Shown here: positions 1-11,618 of the stretch, piece by piece
Layout of the letters: the number at the start of each line of letters is the position of its first letter
Position numbering within the stretch: the first letter of the stretch is position 1
DNA from: Paraspadella gotoi
Taxonomy: Eukaryota > Animalia > Chaetognatha
DNA: 64,000 bases
Direction of reading: 5' to 3'
Assembly: GCA_051294375.1 (NCBI GenBank)
Contig: CM119265.1
Coordinates: 7,698,629 to 7,762,628 of the forward strand
Notes under the pieces: generated by a model
Seen by the model: only the letters and a program-made list of their open reading frames with translations
Told to the model about the DNA's origin: nothing
Databases searched by the model: none
Translations under genes and position numbers: made by a program

Positions 1-225
1 ATGTGGGAGAAATTACCATATTCTCTTTTCCGATTTATCTCCAGTTTCCTGATTTTTCTTTGTTCCTTTTTTTTGTTCCATTTTTTTTAAAGAGAAAAAC
101 TAAAAAAAAAAACCTCGTTATTTTTTCTCTTTTTTTTCTTTTCTTCCCAAAACGATAATGTTGTCTTTGTTCGCTTAGTCTGGAAATGCATAAGAGATGG
201 GTATTTCAATCCGTATTAGTTTTCC

Positions 226-324
<99 letters not shown>

Positions 325-556
325 GACTGTCGCGGTTTTTCACTAAAATATTCAACGCGAATAGTGGAAAACAAGTTTTTCGGCCGAATGGTGATTGAAA
401 CTTTTCTTTTCGCTCTTATTCTTCAATTTTAGATTCTCTGTTTTTTGAAAGATCACGAGTTTTGCAACTTTACATGGCCATTATAATTTAAAATTGGCGC
501 GGGAAATTAGAGTTTCGGTTTTCCTTTTCCTCCTCCTCTTCCTCCTCCTCCTCCAG

Positions 557-3500
557 CCCCTCCCCGGCGCCACAGAATACCCTTCGAAGATGAAATTCGT
601 CTACGAGCAGACCCCGCTCCAACACCCGCTCCTCGAGATCGTCAAGCCTTCTTCCTTCCGCCAACTGGAGCGGCTCGTCAACGAGACCCGGGGAGAATTG
701 GCGGCCGCCAATGACGAAGCCTTTGAGCCGGAAGTCGCCACCTCCGGCTTTTTGGAGAGACGCGATTCCGGCATCCACGAGCTGTTGCGGGACGCAAGCG
801 CTGGCACGGTGGCGTTGGCGACGTCGACCTCGGCCGATGACTTGGATCACGGAATGGAAGAGGAGACGGATGTGGAGGAGGAAGAGGCCGAAGTTTTCAG
901 GGCGCCGGCGGCAGATTCGATTTTAGTCTACGACGACGACCACGTTGGCGCCGCCCCTAAGAAAACCGCTTGCAGCACCGGCGCGCCATCTCTGGCTAAA
1001 GGCGCTGAGAACGGAACCCTGGAGGATGCCATCGATCCTCCCTCGGCGTCGTCGTCTACGACCTCGATCGTCTCGACGAACGTGTTGTTGATCTTCGAAA
1101 AACTGATTCATCGGTATCCCTTCATGATGGAGGCGAGGAGGTCAAAGTTCGTCCTGACCCAAATCGGGGAGGAAGTGGCTTTCGTGCCTCGATCAGTCGG
1201 GGGTGAGGGTCTCAGAAAGAGGGCGGGGTCAAGAGAATACAGAAGAATGTATTAAATTTCTTTTTCATCGTTCCTCAGCCAAAGACAAGTGGTTCTATCG
1301 ACGTAAAATTCTGGAGAACGTCCACACGGGGGACGTGCTGACTCTGGCGTGGCGAGTGGAAGGCCTCGAAGTGGTCGCGGAACCTCGCGTCGACGGCAAC
1401 ATCTACCAGAATTGGTTCCTCGACGCTAAAGGGTCCATGTCTCCCGAGAGCATGAGCCATTTGCGCATGACCGTCCGCAAGCGGTCGTCGAAGGCGGCCG
1501 GGTTCTTGAAGATCGTGTTGGAGGAACCGCGGACGAAGGCTGCGGCGGCAGAGCGGCAAGATCAGTCGTTTTCTATGCTGCTTCACGTGGACGAGAGAGA
1601 GGTGGGAAGAATTGAGTTGAAGGTGATATGTAATTCGATGAATGTAGTCTCGATAATGTTAAAAAAAAGATGCTATGCCAACTCGATTTATCGGTTTATA
1701 TTTGTATTGTATATATATATTGTAAATATTACTCACGTAATTTTCGATCAAACCACTGACTCCATCTCTTCATCCGAAAGAATTTGCCCGAGTCCGTGAA
1801 GCAGCTTTCCCGCGTCTTCTTCGTCCGCGACTCCGCAGTCGCAGCTTCGCTTCAAAACCGACATTCCTCGACTCAATTCTCGCAATCGGCAGCTGCGGCG
1901 GCGGCGGAGACGCTGCCCGCCGGCGCAGTGGAGGCGACGATCGCCAATCGCTATTTTCAAATTGGTTGTAAGAGGAAGAACTTTGTTTTGACGTCCGCGG
2001 AGGGCGGGAGGGTCGTAGGTCGGCAGCCAAAGGCGGAAAACTCGGGTGAGCACCAGGGCATAATTGGAACATAATTTATAAAAAAATATTACGATTTAAA
2101 CCTAAAATGGATTTTTGATGATACATTTTAAAAATCGGTAAAAATAGCTCTTACTATATAAAAAACTATTCACTATATAGTATATAAAAACTTTGTCGAT
2201 TGCAAATTATCTATAATTTAATATATATATTAACTCTATTAATATATTAATTTAGAGAGAGAAAAAAATTTGATAAAATTTTTTTAAGAAAAGATAGTTT
2301 GAAATAAAAACAAGTTTAAGCAATCAATGTCGGATCTGCCCATGATAATTAATATGATAACTATCAGATGATAAATCANNNNNNNNNNAGGGCGGGAGGG
2401 TCGTAGGTCGGCAGCCAAAGGCGGAAAACTCGGGTGAGCACCAGGGCATAATTGGAACATAATTTATAAAAAAATATTACGATTTAAACCTAAAATGGAT
2501 TTTTGATGATACATTTTAAAAATCGGTAAAAATAGCTCTTACTATATAAAAAACTATTCACTATATAGTATATAAAAACTTTGTCGATTGCAAATTATCT
2601 ATAATTTAATATATATATTAACTCTATTAATATATTAATTTAGAGAGAGAAAAAAATTTGATAAAATTTTTTTAAGAAAAGATAGTTTGAAATAAAAACA
2701 AGTTTAAGCAATCAATGTCGGATCTGCCCATGATAATTAATATGATAACTATCAGATGATAAATCACGATAATTCTTTCAATTTGTGATCCGAACTGATC
2801 ATAACAGATCATACCATGGTACAAATAATTTTTTAACTAGTATTATTTTTTTAACTTGCATTATTTTTTCTTGCATTATTTTATCAACTTCATCAATATG
2901 AAGTTTTGATTCCATCGAAACTTTATATCCAGCGCAATCACCCACTTTCCTACCCACACACAAAATTTCCTTCCAATCCAACCATCCAATCACGAGTAAT
3001 TGAAGTTTTTTGCTAAGAAGGACGGACAGACAGACAGACAGACAGACAAACAGATAGACAGACGGACGGACATAATTATTTTTGCATAATTTATCAGTTA
3101 GAGAATTGACAAAGTTTTTGTTTGCAACGAATTTTATTTATTCGTTGCAAACAAAAACTTTGTCAATTATCTAATTAATAGTAACAACGAAAAAGAAAGG
3201 ATTACTTCAACATAATTTATCATAATTCAATGTTCTGACATAATATAAGTGAATTACCGACAAGATTGAGGGGGCGGACCAACGGATCGACAAAGTGAAT
3301 TATAGAGTCGGAATCTGCTGATAAAAATAAAGAAGTGGCAAATTAATAATACTTAATAATTTAATATATAAGTTAATATTTAAATATTCAAGAAAAAAAA
3401 ACCATTTTAAAAACATTTTTTACATATTTTCAGCACTGTGGACTTTCAAAAATGAACAATTCTTGAGAGCATCTGATAATCATGCAATGACATTATGTAA

Positions 3501-6500
3501 AAATATCTATGGTGAGGAAATAATTATCTGTGAACCCATTCGTGATACTGATGATCAGAAGTGGTCAGTATCCGAGAAGGGAACTATCTCCAGTGCCATC
3601 CGCCCTGAGTTCCTTCTCAGCTATGACGTTAGAGGTATATTAACATTGTGGCACAGGAAAGAGAAGCCAGCACCTGGATCACATCACTCTTTTGTCTTCA
3701 AAGTTTGGGTGGATGATAATGAGGTTAATAAAAAATTTGACTGATTAATAGTTACAAATATATCTAATTGGTTTTGATCTCAAGGTTCCTTTGCACATGG
3801 AAAATCTCCCCTGTCTCCAATTTATCCACAGTAACATGTTGAACATGGAAGTTTTTCCGACTCCAGAAACAAGTATGGCTGATAGAGTTCCCCAAATTTC
3901 GCAGCATACTTTTATATCCTCTGTTTCTTCTGAGTCTGCCATAAAAGAATTGGAGTCCATTAAAAAGATGTCAATGGGACAATTTGATCGGATAACTTAT
4001 AAAAAGGAGATGGCAAATCTAAACAATGCCATCACTGAGCTGGGGCAAGCTGACACTCAAGCTGAAGTCGGGAAATGGCTCATGACTCAGTGTCATATGG
4101 AGCAGGAATTGGATGAATTAGAAACACGAGCGTTTTTGGAACAAAGTGCGAAGATGGAGATTTCAACTGATAACCAGGGCTGCCAGAGCTCCCCACCAAC
4201 TACTAAAAGGATGAAACAAAAGGTTTCAGCTCATACAATTTCCGCAGAATGCTCAGAAGCTCGAGTAGAAAAGTTGCCAAATATTCCAAGTACATCCCTA
4301 ATGTCAAAAACGGCTTTCACTGATAAGCATTCCAGTTATGCTATTCCACCGATAAATCAAATGGACAGGGTCATTTTGAAAAAATATCCAAGCCAAATAA
4401 ACACACCAATAATTGATACACAGAGAGATGTTATTATAGAAGATATTGAAGAAATGAAAATGTTTAAAGAAATAGTTTCTGTAGGTGATGGTAATTCTGA
4501 TATGGAAGAAGCAATAGTTGAAGCTGCTCCAACTGTTGTTTGGAACACAACAGTTGGGCCTGAATTGAATGGAGATAACCCGGTTGAAGATCCTTACAAT
4601 GCTGCTTTATCAGAATGTTCTTCATCGACTTCTGTGGCATCTGCAACAGCAGTAAAAATTTTTGAAAAAATGGTCCATCGTTTCCCATTTCAGCTTCAAG
4701 CAAGAAGAACTAAGTTTGTATTGGGACAAGTTGGTGAGTGCGCTCAATTCGTGGAAAGAAGTGAAAGCACTGAACAAAGTAGACGGGACAGTAGATCCTC
4801 TTTGTCAATAAATATCCCAGCATGTGATCAATGGATTTACCGAAACCATTTTATTGAAAATATTTATACTGGTGATGTTCTGACAGTCGAGAAGAAAATA
4901 GATTTTTTAATTCAAGTTAAACCAAAAATGCAAAATAATTCTATGCAGAAATGGTTCATTGATTCAAAAGGTTTGGTTATTCCTGAGAGTATGATCCATC
5001 TTTATATGACAGTACAGTGTCGCAATTCAAAACGGGATAAATTTATCAATATACAATTGAAAGAAAAAAAAGAAAAGGGCTCAAAGGAAAGGCAAGATCA
5101 AACTTTCACTTTGATTTTTCATGTTAATGAGGAAGAAGTAAGTAAATTTATGATTTTAAGTGAGATATTGTTTTTATTTATCCTAAATATTTCAATATTT
5201 TTAGGTGCTACCAGATACTGCGAAAAACATACCTCATATGTCTATTATTTATGATTCTTCTATCCCTTCAACACTTCTGGGATCATGTGCCTCTTTTACT
5301 TCAATGGCATCAGATGCAACAACCATCACAATTTCATCACATATACTTCAAAAGGATTCCCCAAAAGCTTTAATAAAAGCTGTTTTAGCCAATCGACCCT
5401 TTCAGATAATCTGCAAAAGGAAAAACTTTATTTTGTGTTCAAAGAATACAGAGGCTTGTTGTCAACCTCCTACATCAGAAAAATCAGGTACAATGTTAAT
5501 TATTATAATATTCATTTAAACCTCCGAAATATTAATTTTAAGGCTCATAATTTTAGGTCTTTGGTTGTTCAAAGATGAAAAATTGATCAATATTGAGGAT
5601 GGTCTTGCTTTGACTTTAATTGAGCGAAATGGGCAAAACTTTTTGAGCTTACAGCCGGAACTCATATTACAAGAGCAAAAATGGGAACTATCTGAAAAAG
5701 GAGTCATTTCATCTAACAAAAACAAAAATCTGATTCTAAGCTATAATACAAATGGAGAAGTAATAGTTTGGAATAAAAAAACAAAAATATCATTTGGATC
5801 ACACCATACATTTACATTTAAAACATGGATGGATGACTGCGAGGTAATGAAAGTTTATAATTACAAAAGCCAAGAAAACCCTAAAGTACAGTATCCTTAC
5901 CCTATAGTGGTGTAAACTTTTCTTTTAGGTTTTCCCTGATGTTGAATCTATTCAATGCTTAAAGTTGATCTACAAAAATGATTTAAATGCCGAAGTATTT
6001 AATGCTGCTTCCACAAATGTTGCTTGGGCACCTCATTTGGAAGTTGAAGATGTTTTTATGTCTACTTTTTGTGATGAAACCGATGTACCAATATCTGAAT
6101 CCACAAACAAGCTATCTTTAACCAAAATGGACTCCCTTAACCAATCCTATAGTATTTCAGAAGATGGTTATTATTATGATACCGACGAATGGAATAAGGC
6201 ACAAACTGCTGTAAAAAATAAAAAAGAATGTATTACAAATATTTTTACAGAACACTCTGGTAATATGCCGTACATGGAGAAAAATGAATTTCAATCCTTG
6301 CCTTCTTCAGTTGCTCTTTCAAAAACTTTTGCAACAAATGAAATTTCTGGATATATAAAACAAACATTACTGCAGAATAATATACCTTATAAAAATCAAC
6401 AATTAAAGCCAAGTATAGCTTTTAATGAGAAGGTTTCAACTGAGATTATTCCACAAATATTATCATCTGATAAAGTCATTCCAAAAAGCATACCAAATGA

Positions 6501-9500
6501 AAAAAATCCCAGTCCCAGAAAAAGGAAAAATGATGAAAATCACGAAAGGACTGAAGCACTTGTAAATAACAACCATCAATCTGTAATCAAAATTGCAAAT
6601 ATTGATACAAAAGCTTTAGATGAAGAAAGAATGCCAATTAAAAAAAAATCTGATAGAAACATTGAAAATATTGAAAAATTAAAAGACTCAAATGAGTTTT
6701 CAACTGTTGTGAAAGTTCAAGATATCGCAGCAGAAAAAATACAAAGCCAAATTAAAATGGAAGATGAAGCAAGATTTGAAAATACTGAAATTTTACAAAA
6801 TCCAAATCAGTTGACAGTTTTTAAAACAAATATGGACAATCTATGTGAAGAAAGAACATGTAGTCCCATCAGGCAAAGTGATACTGTGCTTGATAAAAGT
6901 GAAATATTCATGGACCCTAATCATTTATCTGTGGTCTCAATGACGATGACAAATATTCTACCCACAGAACGATCTCTAAGTCCAACTCAAGTAAAAAATG
7001 ATGCAAATCTGGAAGGAACTGATAAGTTCCTAAGCCCAAAGAACTCATCAGTTGTCCAAAACGATCACAGTTTACCAGTAGAACGATCCTTTAGCCCAAC
7101 TAAAATAAACAGCGACATAAATATAGAAAAAACTGACATATTTCTTGATTCAAATTACTCTTCTCGCATCCCAAAATCAAATTATAATCATGTACCTGAA
7201 GAAAAAAATATTAGTTCAACTAAAATTGAAAATGAATTAAAATTTGAACTTTCTGAAACAATTGAAAACCAAAATTCATTATCTGTTATTAAAGGTACAA
7301 AATCAAATATTTCTCTGCAAGAAAAAAATTTAAGTTCAATAACGAGGAAAAATCACTCAAATCTTGAAATAATTGAAGCTTTTCAGAATCCTAATCACTT
7401 GGTGGTTCCAAATAAAATAAATTCAAACCAAAGAAAATCGCATGCAAAATCTGAAACGACATGCTTTCAAAATGAAAACTTGGAAGAAAATTATGGTTTA
7501 AGCAATGAAAAGTCTGAAGATATTAATATTGATGTATTGAGCATAAGTGATGAAAATTTTACCATGACTTCAATTACTGGAACTTCCATAAAAAGCAAAG
7601 AATCTCATGTTACACTTCCTACATTTGGAGAAAGTGAAGAATTTGTCAATACATTTGTTAATGGAGATGATTTTATATATCCAGACCTAAAAGATTCAAA
7701 ACCACATTTATTTGTTGCTAATAAAATGGCTGACTTGACTGGTTTTGCCCCTGACAACCGAGGAGAAAGAAGCACTGAAATGGTCATTTCATATAATTCA
7801 TGTAAAAAACAAACGGAATGCATTGAATTAATAAGAATGAAAGAGAACGGATTGGTTCCTGAAAATATGAAAGAATTTCAGATGGCAGCGGTATCTAAAA
7901 ACTATGGCAGATTATATTCTCTTTCGGAATTTCGAAATAGTTTTCCTTTTATACTAAGCAATATTACTTCAGGGCTAGCCATGATGCCTGCCCACGCTTT
8001 GGCTCAAAATATGGTGGAAGAGGAAACAGAAAAAATTCAGTTAGACTTGGATAAAATAACAGAAGAATCTCATATAAATGAAAATGTATTTGACAGGTAA
8101 CTTTTTGAAAATATGTAATTTGAATACAAATTATAAAATGATATGTGAATTCATTAGTATGAATTTTTAAAACTATTTATTCATCTTTTCTTTTTTGAAT
8201 AATTTTTTTTATTTATTTAAAATTTTTTCTGTATATTTTTTATTTTTCAAATCCAATTTGAACATGTTAATTTTTGTAAACCTATTTTTAACAGGAGTTC
8301 AGCTCTTGATTTGAAAATTGCAAAACTTCCTAAATAAATTTTTAAAATAAATTAAAGTATTAAGAAAAGGAGGGAAAGGGAGCGAAAGAGAGTGAGAGAA
8401 AGAGTGTGGAAGAGAAGAGAGATATCGAAAGATAAAAAAAGAGAGAGAAAGAGAGACCACAAAGCTTCCATCATTGGTTGTAGAAAATATATACTGCTTA
8501 TAAAATTTAGAAATAAAAACATTTAATGTATTATAATTGAATAACAGAGGTTTTTTTCTTTTATAGAAAATATTTTGGTCGTAATACACATAAAACAGAA
8601 ATACAAACATCAGACTGAAATATAATTTATATACACTCTTTATTTTGTATTATTGAATTACGGTCCAATACATAAGATAATAATCATTTTTACAGGACAA
8701 AACATGGATTAAAAATATTTATTGGAAATTTGGCTCCCGATCAGTTACAACCTGATGAAAATGGAGTCGTTTCAGAAGCTTCAGGAAGTATATTTGAAAA
8801 GTCTGAAAACCAAACAGTGCCCTTAATAAGGGAAAAACTTGATTCAATGTTAGTTAATGAATCCTTTGAACAAATAAGCTCCCAACAAAAAAGTGAGTTT
8901 AGAAAGATAGATAACCAAATATCATCTATCATAACAGAAACTAACATCATTCTGGATAATGAGATAATTGAAGAAGTTAATACTGAACAAGAAGTAATAT
9001 TTACTAAAACAGAAAATCATACAATGGCTACTGTGACTGAACAAACAAGTGAAATGATGAATGGCGTTGCTGAAAAGATTTCTCTAAAAAAGAATAATAT
9101 GTTTATCACTTCAGAAAATCAAGCTGTCTGTAAAATTACTGAAGGCGTTAATTTATTGCAGAATCAATTACTTTCTGAAAAAACTTGTAAACCAACAAAA
9201 ACAAGTGACGACCACAATGAATCGCTATTTTGTGTAAGTGAGCCAATTTTACAAAAGGCATCCCTATTAAGTATGAATAGTGATAATGTTGTATCTTCCA
9301 AGGCTTCAAACATAGCTGAGGATCCTATTTTAGTTGAAAATGAACATTCGATGCAGAAAATATTAATTGAATCCCAGGTTTCAGTTCCAAAACTGGAAAC
9401 TGAATCTGAGGTCAGTTTGGTTTCAAGCGCGGTAGAAACTGAAAAAATTATTCCCTGTCACAAAGGTGGAATAAAAAGGAAAGCTAGCTTTGCTAAAGCT

Positions 9501-11211
9501 GATGCTTCATTATATGAGTCCGCTCCTGTACTCACCACAGCTATAACTGATGTCAAAGTCCATTTCTCTCACTCACCAAATTTTGCGAAGTTAAAAACTG
9601 GCTTCATTCCAACTTCCAATTTTGTTGCAACCACTCAAATCAGTCCTCCCACTACGAATGTCTTAACTTCTTATAGTCAGCCAGTGAAGAAATTTAATAC
9701 TGCTGAAATCCATGAAGAGCACACGATGACTGATATTGTTATAGAAACAATGGTGCGCCCAATTTTTGAACAAATAGGCCGAGCTATTCAGTCTGACACA
9801 GTTGAAATACCAGAGGATCAAATTTGTCAAGAATTCACATCAACTAGTGTAACGTCACTTGAATCACAAACAAATATATACAGTGAAGCCGCTAAAAAGA
9901 TTAGAAGAGAGATGGCTGACAGAACCTTGGTTGCCTCTTCTCAAGCTCAAAATCACCTTACCCAATCAGAAGATGTAACAGAAGCATTAGCAAAGATTGA
10001 CGCCAGTCTCATCAACTTAAAGAAAATGGTGTCACCAGAAGAAAATAGTGGAATTTCTGAGGTAAAAGAGACTGTACAGGAAACGACAAAAATTATGGAA
10101 ATGCCAGAAAGATTTGAAATGTACACTCATCCACGGTATGGTCTTCGCCTCAATTGGAATGAGAATGGAAAAAATATTCGTGGGAAGAGAAATCTCAAGA
10201 TTTGTGTTAACGAGGTTAATCAAGGGGAATGGACGGAAATATTGACGAGGACTGTTGCCCAAAATAGGTAAAAATTTAAAATTCTTTTGTTTAATAAGAT
10301 CCTCATGGAGTAATCTAATTATTTTCTCACTGCAGCTCCTACATCATCATTCCTAAAGATGACCTAGTGCCCGGCACAAACTACAGCGTGGAGATGTCCT
10401 CAACCGAATGCAATAACATTCTAGTATGCCGCTCATTGACTCTTCCTCCAGATCCTCCTGACGATGCCACCAGCATGTCCTCATCTCGTGGAAATTCTCA
10501 TCACATTCGATGGAGCCATCCTCGTGGACGCCACGACTCATATCGTCTAACATTTCGAGCAGCTGACAGTGATGATGATAACCGAGAGCCATTGGGATCC
10601 TGGGACGTTGGGGGCGGCGAGACCAAGTTTATTGTTACCAAGGAGACTGTCAAAATGTTGACCAGGGGCTTGGAGCGAGGCGCTGGGGATGATGGTGGAA
10701 CATCTACATCCGCAGTTGCTGGTGAAAGTCTCAATGCTTCTGCAACCCGACGGCGGCCTCGGAAGTCACAAAATCTCGTGGCAGAACTAAGGACAATAGT
10801 GGAAAAAGAATCAATGGGAACTGACAGAGGAGGAGAAGTTGTCAGCGATGCTGTCGAGTTGACACTGAAGTAAATTACTTTATCTTAATTTACTTTTTAT
10901 ATTTTATAATTTAATTACTACAAACAGTTATGTTTACTAATAAAAATATATACTTGTGTTATTTTTATTGTTTGTACACTAGGTTGACACGCTGTGGAGA
11001 AGAGGTGAAAGCAAAGACTGCTGATAGTTGGAAGTGGACGCCTACATCAGTTCTTGGTGCCTTTGGGGTGCTGGCTGGTGCCGCAGCTCTCTACTACTCG
11101 GTGGTCAAGGATGATTCCATTCCGCCTACACCAACGCCACCGACATCAAGAGTTCTTCTTAAAGTACCCATGAGTATCAGTAACGTTGGAAGTAAGATTC
11201 AACCAAAATAA
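557..11211 (+). CDS. Giant multidomain membrane-anchored protein (4 ricin-B/beta-trefoil-like repeats, ~37-aa repeat region, 2 FN3, C-terminal TM); 5' end lies upstream of the window
   Basis: Eleven phase-compatible GT-AG exons: 557-1202, 1279-1601, 1781-2045, 3434-3723, 3785-5137, 5205-5487, 5557-5843, 5929-8096, 8696-10267, 10336-10869, 10983-11211 (7,950 nt, 2,649 aa plus TAA). QxW motifs (YQNWF, DQKWS, MQKWF, EQKWE), FN3 motifs (LVPGTNYSV, IRWSHPRGRHDSYRL), TM VLGAFGVLAGAAALYYSVV. AATAAA at 11251. Confidence 0.8.
2389..2766 (+). repeat. Exact tandem duplicate of ~2001-2378 across a 10-N gap (assembly overlap artefact)
   Basis: Identical sequence on both sides of the N run at 2379-2388. 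Confidence 0.85.
2900..3175. mobile_element. Probable non-autonomous DNA element (DINE/Helentron-associated or MITE-like) in an intron
   Basis: (GACA/GACG)n microsatellite at ~3020-3072 next to a perfect 29-bp inverted repeat (3104-3132 / 3140-3168, 7-nt loop). Confidence 0.45.
4658..5843 (+). other. Second pair (a+b) of ricin-B/beta-trefoil-like domains
   Basis: IFEKMVHRFPF...DQWIYRNHFIENIYTGDVLT...MQKWFIDSKG and NRPFQIICKRKNFIL...EQKWELSEKGVISS align by eye with the first pair, and three intron positions are shared. Confidence 0.6.
6757..7410 (+). repeat. Coding tandem repeat, ~36-38 aa unit, ~6 degenerate copies
   Basis: Recurring ExxxxFxxPNxLSVxxxxxxxLPxERSxSPT pattern (EERTCSP, TERSLSP, VERSFSP, EEKNISS, QEKNLSS). 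Confidence 0.7.
10101..10869 (+). other. Two fibronectin type III-like domains
   Basis: LRLNWN...LVPGTNYSVEM...TLPPDPP...IRWSHPRGRHDSYRLTF matches the FN3 W/Y and LxPxTxYxV signature. Confidence 0.7.
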
Positions 11212-11618
11212 ATCTCTCCTAAGTTGTTATGATGTATCATTAATGAAATGAATAAAAATATGAATCAATTGTGCATGCTGTTTAATATAAAAACAACGGG
11301 AAAGGTTCTCAAATTGTTCCAATTTATTATCAGAATTTTCGTCGGTAATGTTTATTTCCACCCAGATTTTGTGGAAAAATCAGTGAACAAAGAAAGAAAT
11401 AAAGAAAGAAGAAAAAAAGAAAGAAAGGAAGAAAGAAAGAAAGAAAAGATTGAAAAATTAAAAAACATAAGAGAAAGAAAAAAATAGAAAGAAAAAAAGA
11501 ATTAAAAAGTTAAGACGATTAATTATACGGCGCTAAAAATAAAGAATTCTTTAAATTTAAGATAAAAAAAACGTTTCATCTCAATTGTAATAAGCAAGAT
11601 ACAGAACCAGTATAAAAC

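Larger units (their letters stand above)
1085..3723 (+). other. First pair (a+b) of ricin-B/beta-trefoil-like domains
   Basis: Spliced translation IFEKLIHRYPF...KDKWFYRRKILENVHTGDVLT...YQNWFLDAKG (a) and NRYFQIGCKRKNFVL...LWTFKNEQFL...DQKWSVSEKGTISS (b). The QxW/hydrophobic pattern is typical of beta-trefoils. Confidence 0.6.

Noticed and set aside
494-556. Apparent signal peptide (VSVFLFLLLFLLLLQ) at the start of ORF 494-1255
   Set aside because: The ORF starts at TTG. The hydrophobic run is the translated polypyrimidine tract before the acceptor at 556.
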